A stretch of 64,000 bases of DNA from Alphaproteobacteria bacterium (GTDB lineage: Bacteria; Pseudomonadota; Alphaproteobacteria; ATCC43930; Allostellaceae), in assembly GCA_020852355.1 (NCBI GenBank), contig JADZBA010000319.1:10513-74512 (forward strand). Reading direction: 5' to 3'. The notes under the pieces are model-generated. The model did not search any database, was not told the DNA's origin, and saw only the letters and a program-made list of their open reading frames with translations. Shown here one piece after another: positions 1-9,646 of this stretch; within the stretch, counting starts at the first letter, position 1, and every line of letters starts with the position of its first letter. A program made the position numbers and the translations under genes.

Positions 1-576
1 CCATAGCGCGATCAGCCCGATGGGCAGGTTGATCAGGAACAGCCAGTGCCACGTCAGATATTCCGCGATGAAACCGCCGAGCGGCGGCCCCATCACCGGG
101 CCCAGCACGACGCACATGCCCAGGAACGACATCGCCCGGATCAGGTCGCTCTGGCCGTGCCGCTGCACCACCAGGATGCGCCCGATCGGCGTCAGCATCG
201 CCCCCGCCGCCCCTTGCAGGCAGCGCGCCGCGACCAGCATCGGCAGGCTCTGCGACAGGCCGCAGAGCAGCGAGGCGAAGGTGAAGAGCGCGATGGCGAG
301 CAGGAAGATGCGCTTCGCGCCGAACCGGGTCGACAGCCAGCCGCTGAGCGGGATGAACAGCGATGTCGTCAGCAGATAGGCCGTGACGACGGTGTTGAGC
401 TGGACCACCGGCAGGCCGAAATCGCGGGCCATCGTCGGCAGCGCGGTGGCGACGATGGTGGCGTCCAGCGATTGCAGGAACAGCGCCGCGCCGACGATCC
501 ACGGCGTGGCGACGGCCGCCGCCGCAGCGCCTTGGGCCCGAACGGCCGGCGGCCCGTCGGCCGGTTCGGCGGTCAT
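1..576 (-). CDS. MFS transporter, DHA2 (EmrB/QacA) family; N-terminal 192 codons, 3' end lies beyond the window edge
   Basis: Not in the ORF track because it has no in-window stop. The reverse strand opens with ATG at 576-574 and reads MTAEPADGPPAV...LFLQSLDATIVATALPTMARDFG...LSGWLSTRFGAKRIF...VLGPVMGPPLGGFIAEYLTWHWLFLINLPIGLIALW. These are typical DHA2 TM1-TM6 motifs. The frame stays open to nt 1. Confidence 0.8.
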   Translation of the reverse strand, partial: MTAEPADGPPAVRAQGAAAAAVATPWIVGAALFLQSLDATIVATALPTMARDFGLPVVQLNTVVTAYLLTTSLFIPLSGWLSTRFGAKRIFLLAIALFTFASLLCGLSQSLPMLVAARCLQGAAGAMLTPIGRILVVQRHGQSDLIRAMSFLGMCVVLGPVMGPPLGGFIAEYLTWHWLFLINLPIGLIALW

Positions 577-616
577 TCCGGATTTTCTCCCCGCGGCGTC
601 CTGCGCCTTTGCTATG

Positions 617-638
617 TGCATACTGTATGCAGAATGAT
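617..638. promoter_or_regulatory. Regulon operator, site A: perfect palindrome TGCATACTGTATGCA (617-631) overlapping a second register TGTATGCAGAATGAT (624-638)
   Basis: Seven-bp perfect inverted arms around a central T. It lies in the divergent intergenic region between the MFS gene (start 576, minus) and the Rieske alpha gene (start 768). The same motif recurs at eight other intergenic sites. Confidence 0.6.
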
Positions 639-733
639 TTGCGGTCTTAACGCCGAAATCGGCCGCTGTCGATATCGCAATGAGGCGCCCGCGACGCCTG
701 AGCCATCTTGACCCGGGTCCGATAGCCGCGTAC

Positions 734-748
734 TGCATGCGGTATACA
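734..748. promoter_or_regulatory. Regulon operator, site B: TGCATGCGGTATACA
   Basis: Matches the palindrome TGCATAC-N-GTATGCA at 12 of 14 positions. It lies 20 nt upstream of the Rieske alpha start codon and is nearly identical to site G (16451-16465). Confidence 0.55.
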
Positions 749-767
749 TTGCGATTGGGGGCTGCGG

Positions 768-2000
768 ATGAGCGTCGTCTGGCAAAACAATGCCTTGCAA
801 CTGGATTCGCGCCGCGTCATCGACCGGAAGATCTATGTCGAGAACCGCATCTACGATGCGGAAATCAGCCGGATTTTCGCCAGGACCTGGCAGTGGGTCG
901 GCCACGACACCGAACTTCCCGACTTCGGCGATTACCTCACCGCCACTGTCGCCGGGCGCGCCGTCGTCATCGCCCGCGGCGAGAACGACGCGATAGCCGC
1001 CTTCTACAACACCTGCACCCATCGCGGCGCCATCCTCGCGCCGCATCGCCGCGGCAAGAGCGACGGCGGCTTCACCTGCCTCTATCACGCGTGGTGCTTC
1101 GACACGACGGGCAAGCTGACCGCCGTGCCCCTGCCGCAGGCCTACCCCGAGAACCTCACCAGGAACGCCTGCTACGACATCCCCAAGGTCCGCTGCGAGC
1201 AGTTCAACGGCCACATCTTCGTCTGCCTGGATGCCGAAGCGCCGCCGCTGATGGAATTCCTCGGCCCGGTCGCGCCCCACATCGCCGAAGCCACCGGCGA
1301 CGGCGTGGCGCTGGGCCGCGTACGCTGGACGCTCGAAGGCAACTGGAAGCTCTGGCACGAGAACTTCCGCGACAACTACCATCCGATGTTCGCGCACCAG
1401 ATCCTCGGCCAGAACTATACGGGCGTGAAGATCGAGGGCGAGAATTACGATCTCGGCGCCGGGCACAGCCTGCTGACCTTCCCCTCGCAGGGCAATCCCA
1501 AGCAGATCATGCAGACCATGTCGCGCATGTCGGGCCGCAAGCTGCCGGAGCGTCCGAACATCCTCGGCCGGCGCACCACCGACGAGCCGCAGCGCACGCG
1601 CCACAACATTCTCGCCTGCTTCCCCAATCTCGATCTCCAGTACACCAGCAACACGGCTGCCAGCATGGTGCTCCAGACGGTGCAGCCGGCCGGCGTCGAC
1701 AAGGCCTATGTCGAGATCGTCGCCTTCGGCCGCAAGAGCGACACGCCGGAAATGCGCCAGCATCGCCTCGACACCGCGCTGGATGCGCAGACCGCCGCCG
1801 GCAAGATCAGCGGCGACGACAACGAGGCGGCGCGCCGCTGCGCCGTCGGCTTCTCGACGATCGACGCCGTCCGCTGGTCCAACATGGACCGCGGCCAGGA
1901 GCCGGGCAGCGTCGGCGCGAAGAACGACGAATACTCGCTGCGCGGTTTCTACGACGTCTACAAGGATTACATGGCCGACGCGTTGGCCGAAGTGGCGTGA
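768..2000 (+). CDS. Aromatic ring-hydroxylating dioxygenase, large (alpha) subunit, Rieske [2Fe-2S] type
   Basis: 410 aa. Rieske motif CTHRG...CLYHAW. Mononuclear iron motif NFRDNYHPMFAH (D-x2-H-x4-H). Followed directly by a beta subunit gene. Confidence 0.9.
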   Translation: MSVVWQNNALQLDSRRVIDRKIYVENRIYDAEISRIFARTWQWVGHDTELPDFGDYLTATVAGRAVVIARGENDAIAAFYNTCTHRGAILAPHRRGKSDGGFTCLYHAWCFDTTGKLTAVPLPQAYPENLTRNACYDIPKVRCEQFNGHIFVCLDAEAPPLMEFLGPVAPHIAEATGDGVALGRVRWTLEGNWKLWHENFRDNYHPMFAHQILGQNYTGVKIEGENYDLGAGHSLLTFPSQGNPKQIMQTMSRMSGRKLPERPNILGRRTTDEPQRTRHNILACFPNLDLQYTSNTAASMVLQTVQPAGVDKAYVEIVAFGRKSDTPEMRQHRLDTALDAQTAAGKISGDDNEAARRCAVGFSTIDAVRWSNMDRGQEPGSVGAKNDEYSLRGFYDVYKDYMADALAEVA

Positions 2001-2029
2001 TCGCCGCTCGTTAGGGTTTGGAGAACGCC

Positions 2030-2542
2030 ATGTCCGTTAGTCAGAACGTTGCCCAGGCCGCTGCGCCTGCCAACGAATACGCGATCGAGAAGGAAATCGT
2101 CGCGCTCATCCATCGCGTGGCCCGCTACTCGGATGAAAAGAAGTTCCTCGAATGGATGGACCTCTTCGCCGAGAACGCCGTCTATGGCGGCATCACCAGC
2201 GAGAATTACGGCGAGACCGGCCTCTATCTCTTCCGCGACAAGGGCAAGGGTGCGCTGCATGAGCGCGTCGCCTTCTTGAAGGGCCTGTGGCAGGTGCCGC
2301 GCGGCAAGACGCTGCATCTCATCACCAATATCGAGATCGAGATCGATCCCTCTGGCCTGGCGGCCTCGGCGAACAGCTATTTCCTCATGACGCGCACCGG
2401 CGAGATGGAGCATTCCAAGCTCCACGCCTGCGGGCGCTATTTCGACAAATTCGTTTTTGTGGATGGCGCCTGGCTGGTCGGCGAGCGTACGGTCGTCGTC
2501 GACAGCAACATGCTGCCGGGCGAGTTCACCGATCTTCTGTAA
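2030..2542 (+). CDS. Aromatic ring-hydroxylating dioxygenase, small (beta) subunit (NTF2/SnoaL-like fold)
   Basis: About 170 aa with beta-subunit-like sequence (EKEIVALIHRVARYSDEKKFLEWMDLFAENAVY). I prefer the ATG at 2030, which has GGAG 6 nt upstream, over the TTG at 2018 used in the ORF track. Confidence 0.8.
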   Translation: MSVSQNVAQAAAPANEYAIEKEIVALIHRVARYSDEKKFLEWMDLFAENAVYGGITSENYGETGLYLFRDKGKGALHERVAFLKGLWQVPRGKTLHLITNIEIEIDPSGLAASANSYFLMTRTGEMEHSKLHACGRYFDKFVFVDGAWLVGERTVVVDSNMLPGEFTDLL

Positions 2543-2584
2543 GGATCGGGCGCCGCCGGCGGCGCTCGCATAGGGAGGCCACGC

Positions 2585-3364
2585 GTGGGCACCAGGATTG
2601 AGGAGGCCGCCGGTCTCCTGCGGCAGGCCTATGGCGGCACGACCATCCCGCCGATGCGTGACCTCGTCGGCCCGAACGACGCCGATGCCGCCTATGACAT
2701 CCAGGCCTTCAACACGCGCCACTGGCTGGCCGCTGGGCGCCGCGTCGTCGGCCGCAAGATCGGCCTGACGGCGGAAGCGGTGCAGAAGCAGCTCGGCGTC
2801 GACCAGCCCGATTTCGGCGTCCTCTTCGCCGACATGCAGGTCGCCGACGGCGGCAAGCTCTCGCCCGCCAAGACCATCCAGGCCAAGGCCGAAGGCGAGG
2901 TCGCCCTCGTCATGGGCCGCCCGCTCGCCAAGCCTGACGCGACGCCCGAAGACGTCCTCGCCGCCGCAGAGTGCGCCGTCGCCGCGATCGAGATCGTCGA
3001 CAGCCGCATCGCCGACTGGAAGATCACCTTCGCCGACACGGTGGCCGACAACGGCTCGTCGGCCTTCTTCGTGCTCGGCGGCGCGCGCAAGCCCCTTCAG
3101 GGCCTCGATCTGCGCACCTGCGGCATGGCGCTGGAGGTGAACGGCAAGGTCGTCTCGCTGGGCGCCGGCGTCGCCGCGCTCGGCCATCCGCTGAACGCCG
3201 CGGCGTGGCTCGCCCGCACGCTCGCGCAGCGTGGCGAGCCGCTCCAGGCGGGTGATGTCGTGCTCACCGGCGCGCTCGGCCCGATGGTGACCCTCGTGCC
3301 GGGCGACCGGGTGAAGGTCGAGATCGGCGGCCTCGGCGCAGCCGGCTTTACATTCGCGGAATGA
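2585..3364 (+). CDS. mhpD: 2-keto-4-pentenoate (2-oxopent-4-enoate) hydratase
   Basis: 259 aa, GTG start preceded by GGGAGG. The sequence resembles the MhpD/BphH/XylJ family ([28 protein letters not shown]...). It is the first gene of the conserved hydratase / dehydrogenase / aldolase triad. Confidence 0.85.
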   Translation: MGTRIEEAAGLLRQAYGGTTIPPMRDLVGPNDADAAYDIQAFNTRHWLAAGRRVVGRKIGLTAEAVQKQLGVDQPDFGVLFADMQVADGGKLSPAKTIQAKAEGEVALVMGRPLAKPDATPEDVLAAAECAVAAIEIVDSRIADWKITFADTVADNGSSAFFVLGGARKPLQGLDLRTCGMALEVNGKVVSLGAGVAALGHPLNAAAWLARTLAQRGEPLQAGDVVLTGALGPMVTLVPGDRVKVEIGGLGAAGFTFAE

Positions 3365-4317
3365 AGGCCGCCATGGCTGGGAAGACCAGGGTTGCGATCA
3401 TCGGCACGGGCAATATCGGCACCGACCTGATGATCAAGGTGATGCGCCTCTCCGAGGTGCTGGAGATGGGCGCCTTCGTCGGCATCGATCCGGAGTCGGA
3501 CGGCCTCGCGCGCGCCAGGCGCATGGGCGTCCCGGTCACCGCAGAGGGCCTCGACGGCCTCGTCGCCATGCCGGAATTCGCCGGCATCGACATCGTCTTC
3601 GACGCGACCTCGGCCGGCGCGCATGCCCGCCACGACGCCGTGCTGCGCAAGCACGGCAAGCGCGTCATCGACCTCACCCCCGCCGCCATCGGCCCCTACA
3701 CCATCCCGCCGGTCAACGGCGACGCGCATCTCGATGCGCCGAACGTCAACATGGTCACCTGCGGCGGCCAGGCGACGATCCCCATCGTTGCCGCGATCGG
3801 CCGCGTCGCGCCGGTGCACTATGCCGAGATCGTCGCCTCCATCGCCTCGAAGTCGGCCGGCCCCGGCACGCGCGCCAATATCGACGAGTTCACGGAAACC
3901 ACATCCCGCGCCATCGAAAGCGTCGGCGGCGCGACGCGCGGCAAGGCGATCATCGTGCTCAACCCCGCCGAGCCGCCGATGATCATGCGCGATACCGTGT
4001 TCTGTCTCACCGGCGACGCCGATCCCGATGCGATAACCCAGTCGGTCGAGGCGATGGTGGCCGAGGTGCAGTCCTATGTCCCCGGCTACCGCCTGAAGCA
4101 GAAGGTTCAGTTCGAGCGCATCGGCAGCAACCGCCCCTTGCGCATCCCCGAAATGAACGCCGAGTTCACCGGCCTGAAAGTCAGCGTCTTCCTCGAGGTC
4201 GAGGGCGCCGCGCATTACCTGCCCGCCTATGCCGGCAATCTCGACATCATGACCTCCGCCGCCCTCCTGACCGCCGAGAAGATCGCGCGCCGCACCCAGC
4301 GGAGCGCAGCGGCATGA
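3361..4317 (+). CDS. mhpF: Acetaldehyde dehydrogenase (acetylating)
   Basis: 318 aa. N-terminal Rossmann motif [17 protein letters not shown] and overall MhpF/DmpF/BphJ resemblance. ATGA overlap with the upstream stop codon. Confidence 0.92.
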   Translation: MKAAMAGKTRVAIIGTGNIGTDLMIKVMRLSEVLEMGAFVGIDPESDGLARARRMGVPVTAEGLDGLVAMPEFAGIDIVFDATSAGAHARHDAVLRKHGKRVIDLTPAAIGPYTIPPVNGDAHLDAPNVNMVTCGGQATIPIVAAIGRVAPVHYAEIVASIASKSAGPGTRANIDEFTETTSRAIESVGGATRGKAIIVLNPAEPPMIMRDTVFCLTGDADPDAITQSVEAMVAEVQSYVPGYRLKQKVQFERIGSNRPLRIPEMNAEFTGLKVSVFLEVEGAAHYLPAYAGNLDIMTSAALLTAEKIARRTQRSAAA

Positions 4318-5342
4318 GCTTCGATCCCAAACGGCAGAAGATCTACGTCCAGGACGTCACGCTGCGCGACGGCATGCACGCCATCCGCCACCAATACGGA
4401 CTCGATCACGTCAAGGCGATCGCCAGGGCACTCGACGACGCCAGGGTCGATGCCATCGAGATCGCCCATGGCGACGGCCTCGCCGGCTCGTCCTTCAACT
4501 ACGGCTTCGGCGCGCACACCGACTGGGACTGGATCGCCGCCGTCGGCGAGACGCTGAAGCACGCCAGGCTGACGACGCTGCTCCTCCCTGGCATCGGCAC
4601 GGTCCACGACCTCAAGCACGCCTACGAGATCGGCGTGCGTTCGGTCCGTGTCGCCACCCATTGCACCGAGGCCGATGTCTCCAGGCAGCATATCGAGTTC
4701 GCGCGCTCCATCGGTATGGACGTCGCCGGCTTCCTGATGATGAGCCACATGAACCCGCCCGAGAAGCTGGCGGAGCAGGCCAGGCTGATGGAGTCCTACG
4801 GCGCGCATTGCGTCTACGTGACCGACAGCGGCGGCCGGCTGACGATGGACGACGTCGCCGCGCGCTTCCAGGCCTATGACCGCGTGCTGAAGCCGGAGAC
4901 CGAGCGCGGCATCCACGCCCACCACAATCTCTCGCTCGGCGTCGCGAATTCCGTGCTCGCCGTGCAGAACGGCGCCGTCCGCGTCGACGCCAGCCTCGCC
5001 GGCATGGGGGCAGGGGCGGGCAATGCGCCCCTCGAAGTCTTCATCGCCGCGGCCGACCTCTATGGCTGGAACCACGGCTGCGATCTCTTCAAGCTCATGG
5101 ACGCCGCCGAAGATCTCGTCCGCCCGCTCCAGGATCGCCCGGTCCGCGTCGACCGCGAGACGCTTACCATCGGCTATGCCGGCGTCTATTCCAGCTTCCT
5201 GCGTCACGCGGAAAAGGCGGCGAGCGAATACGGCCTCGACACCCGCTCGATCCTCGTCGAACTCGGCAGGCGCAAGATGGTCGGCGGCCAGGAAGACATG
5301 ATCGTCGACGTCGCGCTCGATCTGGTGAAGCAGAAAGCATGA
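4314..5342 (+). CDS. mhpE: 4-hydroxy-2-oxovalerate aldolase
   Basis: 342 aa. The N-terminus [20 protein letters not shown] is typical of MhpE/DmpG/BphI. ATGA overlap with mhpF. Confidence 0.92.
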   Translation: MSFDPKRQKIYVQDVTLRDGMHAIRHQYGLDHVKAIARALDDARVDAIEIAHGDGLAGSSFNYGFGAHTDWDWIAAVGETLKHARLTTLLLPGIGTVHDLKHAYEIGVRSVRVATHCTEADVSRQHIEFARSIGMDVAGFLMMSHMNPPEKLAEQARLMESYGAHCVYVTDSGGRLTMDDVAARFQAYDRVLKPETERGIHAHHNLSLGVANSVLAVQNGAVRVDASLAGMGAGAGNAPLEVFIAAADLYGWNHGCDLFKLMDAAEDLVRPLQDRPVRVDRETLTIGYAGVYSSFLRHAEKAASEYGLDTRSILVELGRRKMVGGQEDMIVDVALDLVKQKA

Positions 5343-6355
5343 TCCCCAAGACAATGCGTGCGGTGCGGCTCGACGAAGTCGGACCGCCGGAGAATCTGAA
5401 GATCGTCGAGATGCCGGTGCCCCAGATCGGTCCGGACGACATCCTCATCCGCGTCGAGATGGCCGGCCTCATCTACGGCGACGCCGAGGCGCGGCGCGGC
5501 ACCTATTTCTCGGAAACCAAGCTGCCCTGGTTCCCCGGCCGCGAGGCCGCCGGCCACATCGCCGCGGTCGGCGATAACGTCACGGCGTGGAAGCCGGGCG
5601 ACCGCGTGATGGCGCTGATTCTCTCGAACGGCTGCTGCGCCGACTATGTGAAAGCCTCGACGAAGCCGCAGGTGCTGCCCAACGGCTATCGCATCCCGCC
5701 GGCCGACATCATCGCCGTGCCGCCCGAAGTCGCCTTCGCCAACGCGCTCGTCTATCTCGTCAATTTCCGCCTCGCCCATCTCCTGTTCCACGGCTCCAGC
5801 CGCGTCGTGAAGGGCGAGACCATCGTGATCCAGGGCGCCAGCGGCGGCATGGGCTCCATGATCGCCCAGCTCGCCCACGCCCAAGGCTGCACGATCATCG
5901 GCACCTGCCGCCGTCCCATCGAGGAAGAATTCTGCCGCAGGATCGGCATCGGCCATGTCGTCAACGTCAGCCGCACCGACTACGTCGCCGCCGTGCGCGA
6001 CCTCACCGACGGCAAGGGCGTGCGTGTCGTCTTCAACGGCGTCGGCGGCGACACCATCCAGCGCGACGCCGAGATCGTTCAGCCCTTCGGCGAGATCCAG
6101 GCCTATGGCTATGTCGCCGGCAAGAAGCCGCTCGACCTCTTCGGCGTGAAGCACTGCATCGCCTTCAAGACCTTCTCGGCCGATGATTTCTTCTCCACGC
6201 CCATGTTCCCCGCCGCCACCGCCGCGATGCACGACTGGCTCAAGACCGGCCCGCTGCTCTCCGCCGATCCGATCCTTCCGCTGGAACAGGCCGCCGAAGC
6301 CAACCGCCTCCTCGACCGCGGCGACGTCATCGGCAAGGTCGCGCTGAAGACCTGA
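5339..6355 (+). CDS. MDR-superfamily NAD(P)H:quinone oxidoreductase / zinc-type alcohol dehydrogenase-like protein
   Basis: 338 aa with a GroES-like N-terminus ([39 protein letters not shown]) and nucleotide-binding motif [20 protein letters not shown]-coupled to the aldolase gene. Confidence 0.8.
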   Translation: MIPKTMRAVRLDEVGPPENLKIVEMPVPQIGPDDILIRVEMAGLIYGDAEARRGTYFSETKLPWFPGREAAGHIAAVGDNVTAWKPGDRVMALILSNGCCADYVKASTKPQVLPNGYRIPPADIIAVPPEVAFANALVYLVNFRLAHLLFHGSSRVVKGETIVIQGASGGMGSMIAQLAHAQGCTIIGTCRRPIEEEFCRRIGIGHVVNVSRTDYVAAVRDLTDGKGVRVVFNGVGGDTIQRDAEIVQPFGEIQAYGYVAGKKPLDLFGVKHCIAFKTFSADDFFSTPMFPAATAAMHDWLKTGPLLSADPILPLEQAAEANRLLDRGDVIGKVALKT

Positions 6356-6358
6356 CGC

Positions 6359-7522
6359 TTAGTCCTTCGGCAGAACGCGTTGGCCTGCCGCTGCCCTCTC
6401 ATGCACGATGTCATAAGGGTCGCCGGCGCGGACATCATTGACGCGCGCGCGTCTGTAGGCATCGAGCAGCGGCTCGGCAGCGACATAATATCGTCCCCGT
6501 TTTTCGCCGACCGGCTTCAGAAGGCCGGCGTCGCACAGGCGGCGCAGGTCGCGGCTTGCGACGACATCGGAAACCGCGTTGTCCTTCTGATATTGGCCGG
6601 CCCTTACCTTGAAGCCGAAGGCCGCATCCACGAGGGAAATCAGCGTCCGCTCGTGCAGTTTCTCGCGCCGGGCTGTTTTTTCGATATCTGCGAATACGCG
6701 CGCCATGGCGCGGCTGCGCTGAACGAGCGTGGCAGCCTGCTGATAATGCGCGCGGAGGCAAAACCGCACCCAGGGCAGCGCGTCGTTCTGTGGGCTCCAC
6801 TTGCCCTGACCGGTCTTTGAAAGAATGTCGTAGTAGGACTGCGTGTTGCGTCCGAGCCATTCTTCGATGCTGCAAAAGACGGGGCTCAGGAGACCGTCGC
6901 GAGCCATGACCAGAGTTTGGATGGCGCGCGCCATACGGCCGTTTCCGTCTCTGAAGGGGTGGATCATCGTCAGGTTGAGATGAGCCATCGCCCCGCGAAC
7001 CAAAGGATTGGTTCCCGGCGTCAACGAGGCGATCAGGTCGTTCATCAAGGCCGGAACCTGCTCGGCTTCCGGGCCTTCGTACACGGTTTCCCCGTCGTGA
7101 TCCCGAACGACGTAAATCGGCCCGGGACGCCATTGCCCGGGCATCTTGGTCAGGTCGTAGGAAAGCATCATGAAATGCAGGCTTTTCACGACCTGGGCAT
7201 TCAATTCGAAATACGGATCGTCGTGGGTTTGCAGGATATACGTCATGGCGTTCCGATAGCCGGCCAGGGCGCGAAACGTCTCTTCGTCGACCGTTTCCGG
7301 TCTCTCGTCGTCGATGATCGCCGCGGCGTCGCTGAGAGACGCGTTGATTCCTTCGATGCTGTTCGACCCCTGAACGGCGCGCGCGAATGTGCTGCGCCGA
7401 AGCGATCCCGTCCAGCGATTGGGAGCCTGCGCAACCGTATAGCGCAGGACGTCTCTCGCCTCCTGGATGAGCGCCATCACGGCTTCATCGACCCGCTCCA
7501 GAGGGGGCGTCGTGTAGATCAT
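6359..7522 (-). CDS. Fic-family protein (class II, auto-inhibited AMPylase type) with a C-terminal winged-helix-like region
   Basis: 387 aa. Canonical Fic motif HPFRDGNGRMAR. N-terminal inhibitory-helix motif SNSIEG, matching [ST]xxxE[GN]. Two 60-nt lines hand-counted at 48-50% G+C, visibly lower than the neighbouring genes. Confidence 0.9.
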   Translation of the reverse strand: MIYTTPPLERVDEAVMALIQEARDVLRYTVAQAPNRWTGSLRRSTFARAVQGSNSIEGINASLSDAAAIIDDERPETVDEETFRALAGYRNAMTYILQTHDDPYFELNAQVVKSLHFMMLSYDLTKMPGQWRPGPIYVVRDHDGETVYEGPEAEQVPALMNDLIASLTPGTNPLVRGAMAHLNLTMIHPFRDGNGRMARAIQTLVMARDGLLSPVFCSIEEWLGRNTQSYYDILSKTGQGKWSPQNDALPWVRFCLRAHYQQAATLVQRSRAMARVFADIEKTARREKLHERTLISLVDAAFGFKVRAGQYQKDNAVSDVVASRDLRRLCDAGLLKPVGEKRGRYYVAAEPLLDAYRRARVNDVRAGDPYDIVHERAAAGQRVLPKD

Positions 7523-7665
7523 GAGGGCTCTTATATAATATATCGCCGTTCAGATCGTATATAATCGCCTCAAAGTCTGAAACAAATTATATATCTGACA
7601 TAGGCTTGGCCCGACTCGATGCGGGGCCGGCTCGCGAATTGCGCCAGGACGCGCCGTCGCCTTTC

Positions 7666-7700
7666 TTGACGTCCTCCAGTACGTCGGCATACTGCATACA
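7666..7700 (+). promoter_or_regulatory. Putative sigma70-type promoter (TTGACG-N17-ATACTG) overlapped by regulon operator site C (7686-7700, reverse complement TGTATGCAGTATGCC)
   Basis: The -35-like hexamer is at 7666-7671 and the -10-like hexamer at 7689-7694. The operator matches the palindrome at 11 of 14 positions and lies 20 nt upstream of the hydrolase start codon. Confidence 0.45.
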
Positions 7701-7719
7701 AAGACCAAAGGGGTGGGCG

Positions 7720-8559
7720 ATGGAGCCGGCGAGTCATTTCATCGACGTCGAAGGACTCAGCACGCATTACCTCGAGGCGGGCGCCGGCGAGACGCTGGTG
7801 CTCATCCACGGCGGCGGCTCGGGCGCCGACGCCTACGGCAACTGGAAGGACTGCATCGGCGCCTATGCCCGGCAGTTTCACGTCATCGCCGTCGACATGA
7901 TCGGCTTCGGCAAGTCGGCGAAGCCCGATCCCGCGACCTATAATTACGGCCAGACCAACCGCAACAAGCACATGATCGCCTTCCTCGAGGCGGTCGCGAA
8001 GGGCAAGCCGGTCCTCCTCATCGGCAACTCGATGGGCGGCGCGACGGCGCTCGGCGTCACCATCCAGCGGCCGGAGCTCGTGAAGAAGCTGGTGCTCATG
8101 GGCGCCGCCGGCCTCGACATCGCCAATCCCGATCCTGCGCCCCGCAAGGCCCTCGGCGGCTACGACTTCACGCCCGAAGGCATGCGCAAGCTCGTCTCGG
8201 TGCTGGCCGGCCCGCATTTCAACATCTCCGACGAACTCGTCCGCTACCGCCATCAGCTCACCATCCAGCCCGGTTCGCGCGAGGCCATGACGGCGCTGCA
8301 TCAGCACATGCAGTCCGACCCGATGACCTATGCCCGCGAAGCCATCGCCTCGGTTCAGACCGAGACGCTGGTCGTCGGCGGCAAGCTCGACCAGATCGCG
8401 ATCCCGGCGCGCATCTACGGCTATCTGGAACTGATGCCGAACTCCTGGGGCTTCATCCTGCCGCATGTCGGCCATTGGGTGATGATGGAAGCGCCCCAGG
8501 AATTCGTCACCGTCACCTCCGCCTTCTTCTCCGGTACGATGTTCAGGGCGCCGCGATGA
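7720..8559 (+). CDS. Meta-cleavage product hydrolase (2-hydroxy-6-oxo-2,4-dienoate hydrolase, alpha/beta fold; BphD/MhpC/CarC-like)
   Basis: 279 aa counted from MEPASHFIDVEGLSTHYLEAGAG. HGGG oxyanion motif (LIHGGGSGA) and nucleophile elbow GNSMGG. The in-frame upstream extension to 7606 in the ORF track is rejected. Confidence 0.85.
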   Translation: MEPASHFIDVEGLSTHYLEAGAGETLVLIHGGGSGADAYGNWKDCIGAYARQFHVIAVDMIGFGKSAKPDPATYNYGQTNRNKHMIAFLEAVAKGKPVLLIGNSMGGATALGVTIQRPELVKKLVLMGAAGLDIANPDPAPRKALGGYDFTPEGMRKLVSVLAGPHFNISDELVRYRHQLTIQPGSREAMTALHQHMQSDPMTYAREAIASVQTETLVVGGKLDQIAIPARIYGYLELMPNSWGFILPHVGHWVMMEAPQEFVTVTSAFFSGTMFRAPR

Positions 8560-8831
8560 GCGGAGCCTATCGCGTCCAGAAGCTGATCCAGGACCTCCAG
8601 CGCAATCCGGCCGCCGCGGCGGAATTCGCCAGGGATCAGGAGCCGGCCTATGAAAGCTACGGCCTGACCGGCGAGGAAAAGGCGCTGCTGCGCGAGGGCT
8701 CGCCGCCGGCCCTGCACAAGGTCGGCCTGCATCCCAATCTTCAGATGAAATTCATGCGCCTGAAGGCGCCGCGGCCGCCGGGCGCGCCGGGCCTGATGGA
8801 CGCCTATCTCGATCGCTTGCTGGGGCGCTGA
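8556..8831 (+). CDS. Small (LigA/CarBa-like) subunit of a two-subunit class III extradiol dioxygenase
   Basis: 91 aa (MSGAYRVQKLIQDLQRNPAAAAEFARDQEPAYESYGLTGEEKALLREG...), resembling the LigA domain. ATGA overlap with the hydrolase gene and a 1-nt overlap with the LigB-type gene that follows. Confidence 0.7.
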   Translation: MSGAYRVQKLIQDLQRNPAAAAEFARDQEPAYESYGLTGEEKALLREGSPPALHKVGLHPNLQMKFMRLKAPRPPGAPGLMDAYLDRLLGR

Positions 8832-9646
8832 TGGGCCGGATCGTTGGCGGCTTTGGAATGTCGCATGTACTGTTCCCGCCCCAGGGCGTGGAGCCGCAGG
8901 CCGGGCGCGTGATCGACGGCATGATGGAAATCCGCCGCCGCATCGCCGCGCTGAAGCCCGACGTGATCGTCCTGGCGGGCAGCGACCACCTCAACAATTT
9001 CAGCCTCGCGGCACAGGTGACGCTCGCGGTCGGCGTCGCCGACAGCTTCACCACCATGGGCGACGGCACGCCCGCCGCCACCTTCCCCGGCCACCGCGCC
9101 TTCGCCGAAGCCTTCGCGCGCTTCGCCGAACCGAACGGCTTCGACCTCGTGCAGATGGAAGAGGTGAAGCCCGATCACGGCATGTCGCTGCCGAAGCTGG
9201 TCGTCGACCCCACCGACACGGTGCCGGTCGTCCCGGTCTACATCAATTCGCTGATGCCCGTGCCGCCCTCTCCGCGCCGCTGCTATCGCCTCGGCACGGT
9301 GCTGAAGCAGATGGTGGAACAGCAGCGTCCGGCCGGCGAGCGTGTCGTCGTCGTCGGCACCGGGGGCCTCTCGCACTGGCTCTGCCTGCCCGAGCAGGGC
9401 CGGGTCGCCGTGGAATTCGACGAGGATTTCATCGCCCGCATGATCGCCGGCCGTTCGGCCGAGCTCGCCGAATACAGCGCCGACCACATCTTCCGCGAAT
9501 CGGGCAATGGCGGGCTCGAAGTGGTGTCGTGGCTGTTCATGGCCGGCGCGCTGCCGGGCGCGAAGGGCGAGAAGCTCTTCTATGAACCGATCCCGCAATG
9601 GATCTCCGGCATGGGCGGCGTCGCGCTGATGCCGGAGGCCGCGTGA
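8831..9646 (+). CDS. Class III extradiol ring-cleavage dioxygenase, catalytic LigB/CarBb-type subunit
   Basis: 271 aa with LigB-family hallmarks: GMSHV near the N-terminus, LAGSDHLNNF, KPDHGMSLP, GTGGLSHW. Confidence 0.85.
   Translation: MGRIVGGFGMSHVLFPPQGVEPQAGRVIDGMMEIRRRIAALKPDVIVLAGSDHLNNFSLAAQVTLAVGVADSFTTMGDGTPAATFPGHRAFAEAFARFAEPNGFDLVQMEEVKPDHGMSLPKLVVDPTDTVPVVPVYINSLMPVPPSPRRCYRLGTVLKQMVEQQRPAGERVVVVGTGGLSHWLCLPEQGRVAVEFDEDFIARMIAGRSAELAEYSADHIFRESGNGGLEVVSWLFMAGALPGAKGEKLFYEPIPQWISGMGGVALMPEAA

Noticed and set aside
6359-7700. Reading the Fic gene as part of a toxin-antitoxin (VbhT/VbhA-like) pair
   Set aside because: No small ORF lies upstream or downstream on the same strand. 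The inhibitory [ST]xxxE[GN] motif is inside the Fic protein itself (class II), so no separate antitoxin is expected.
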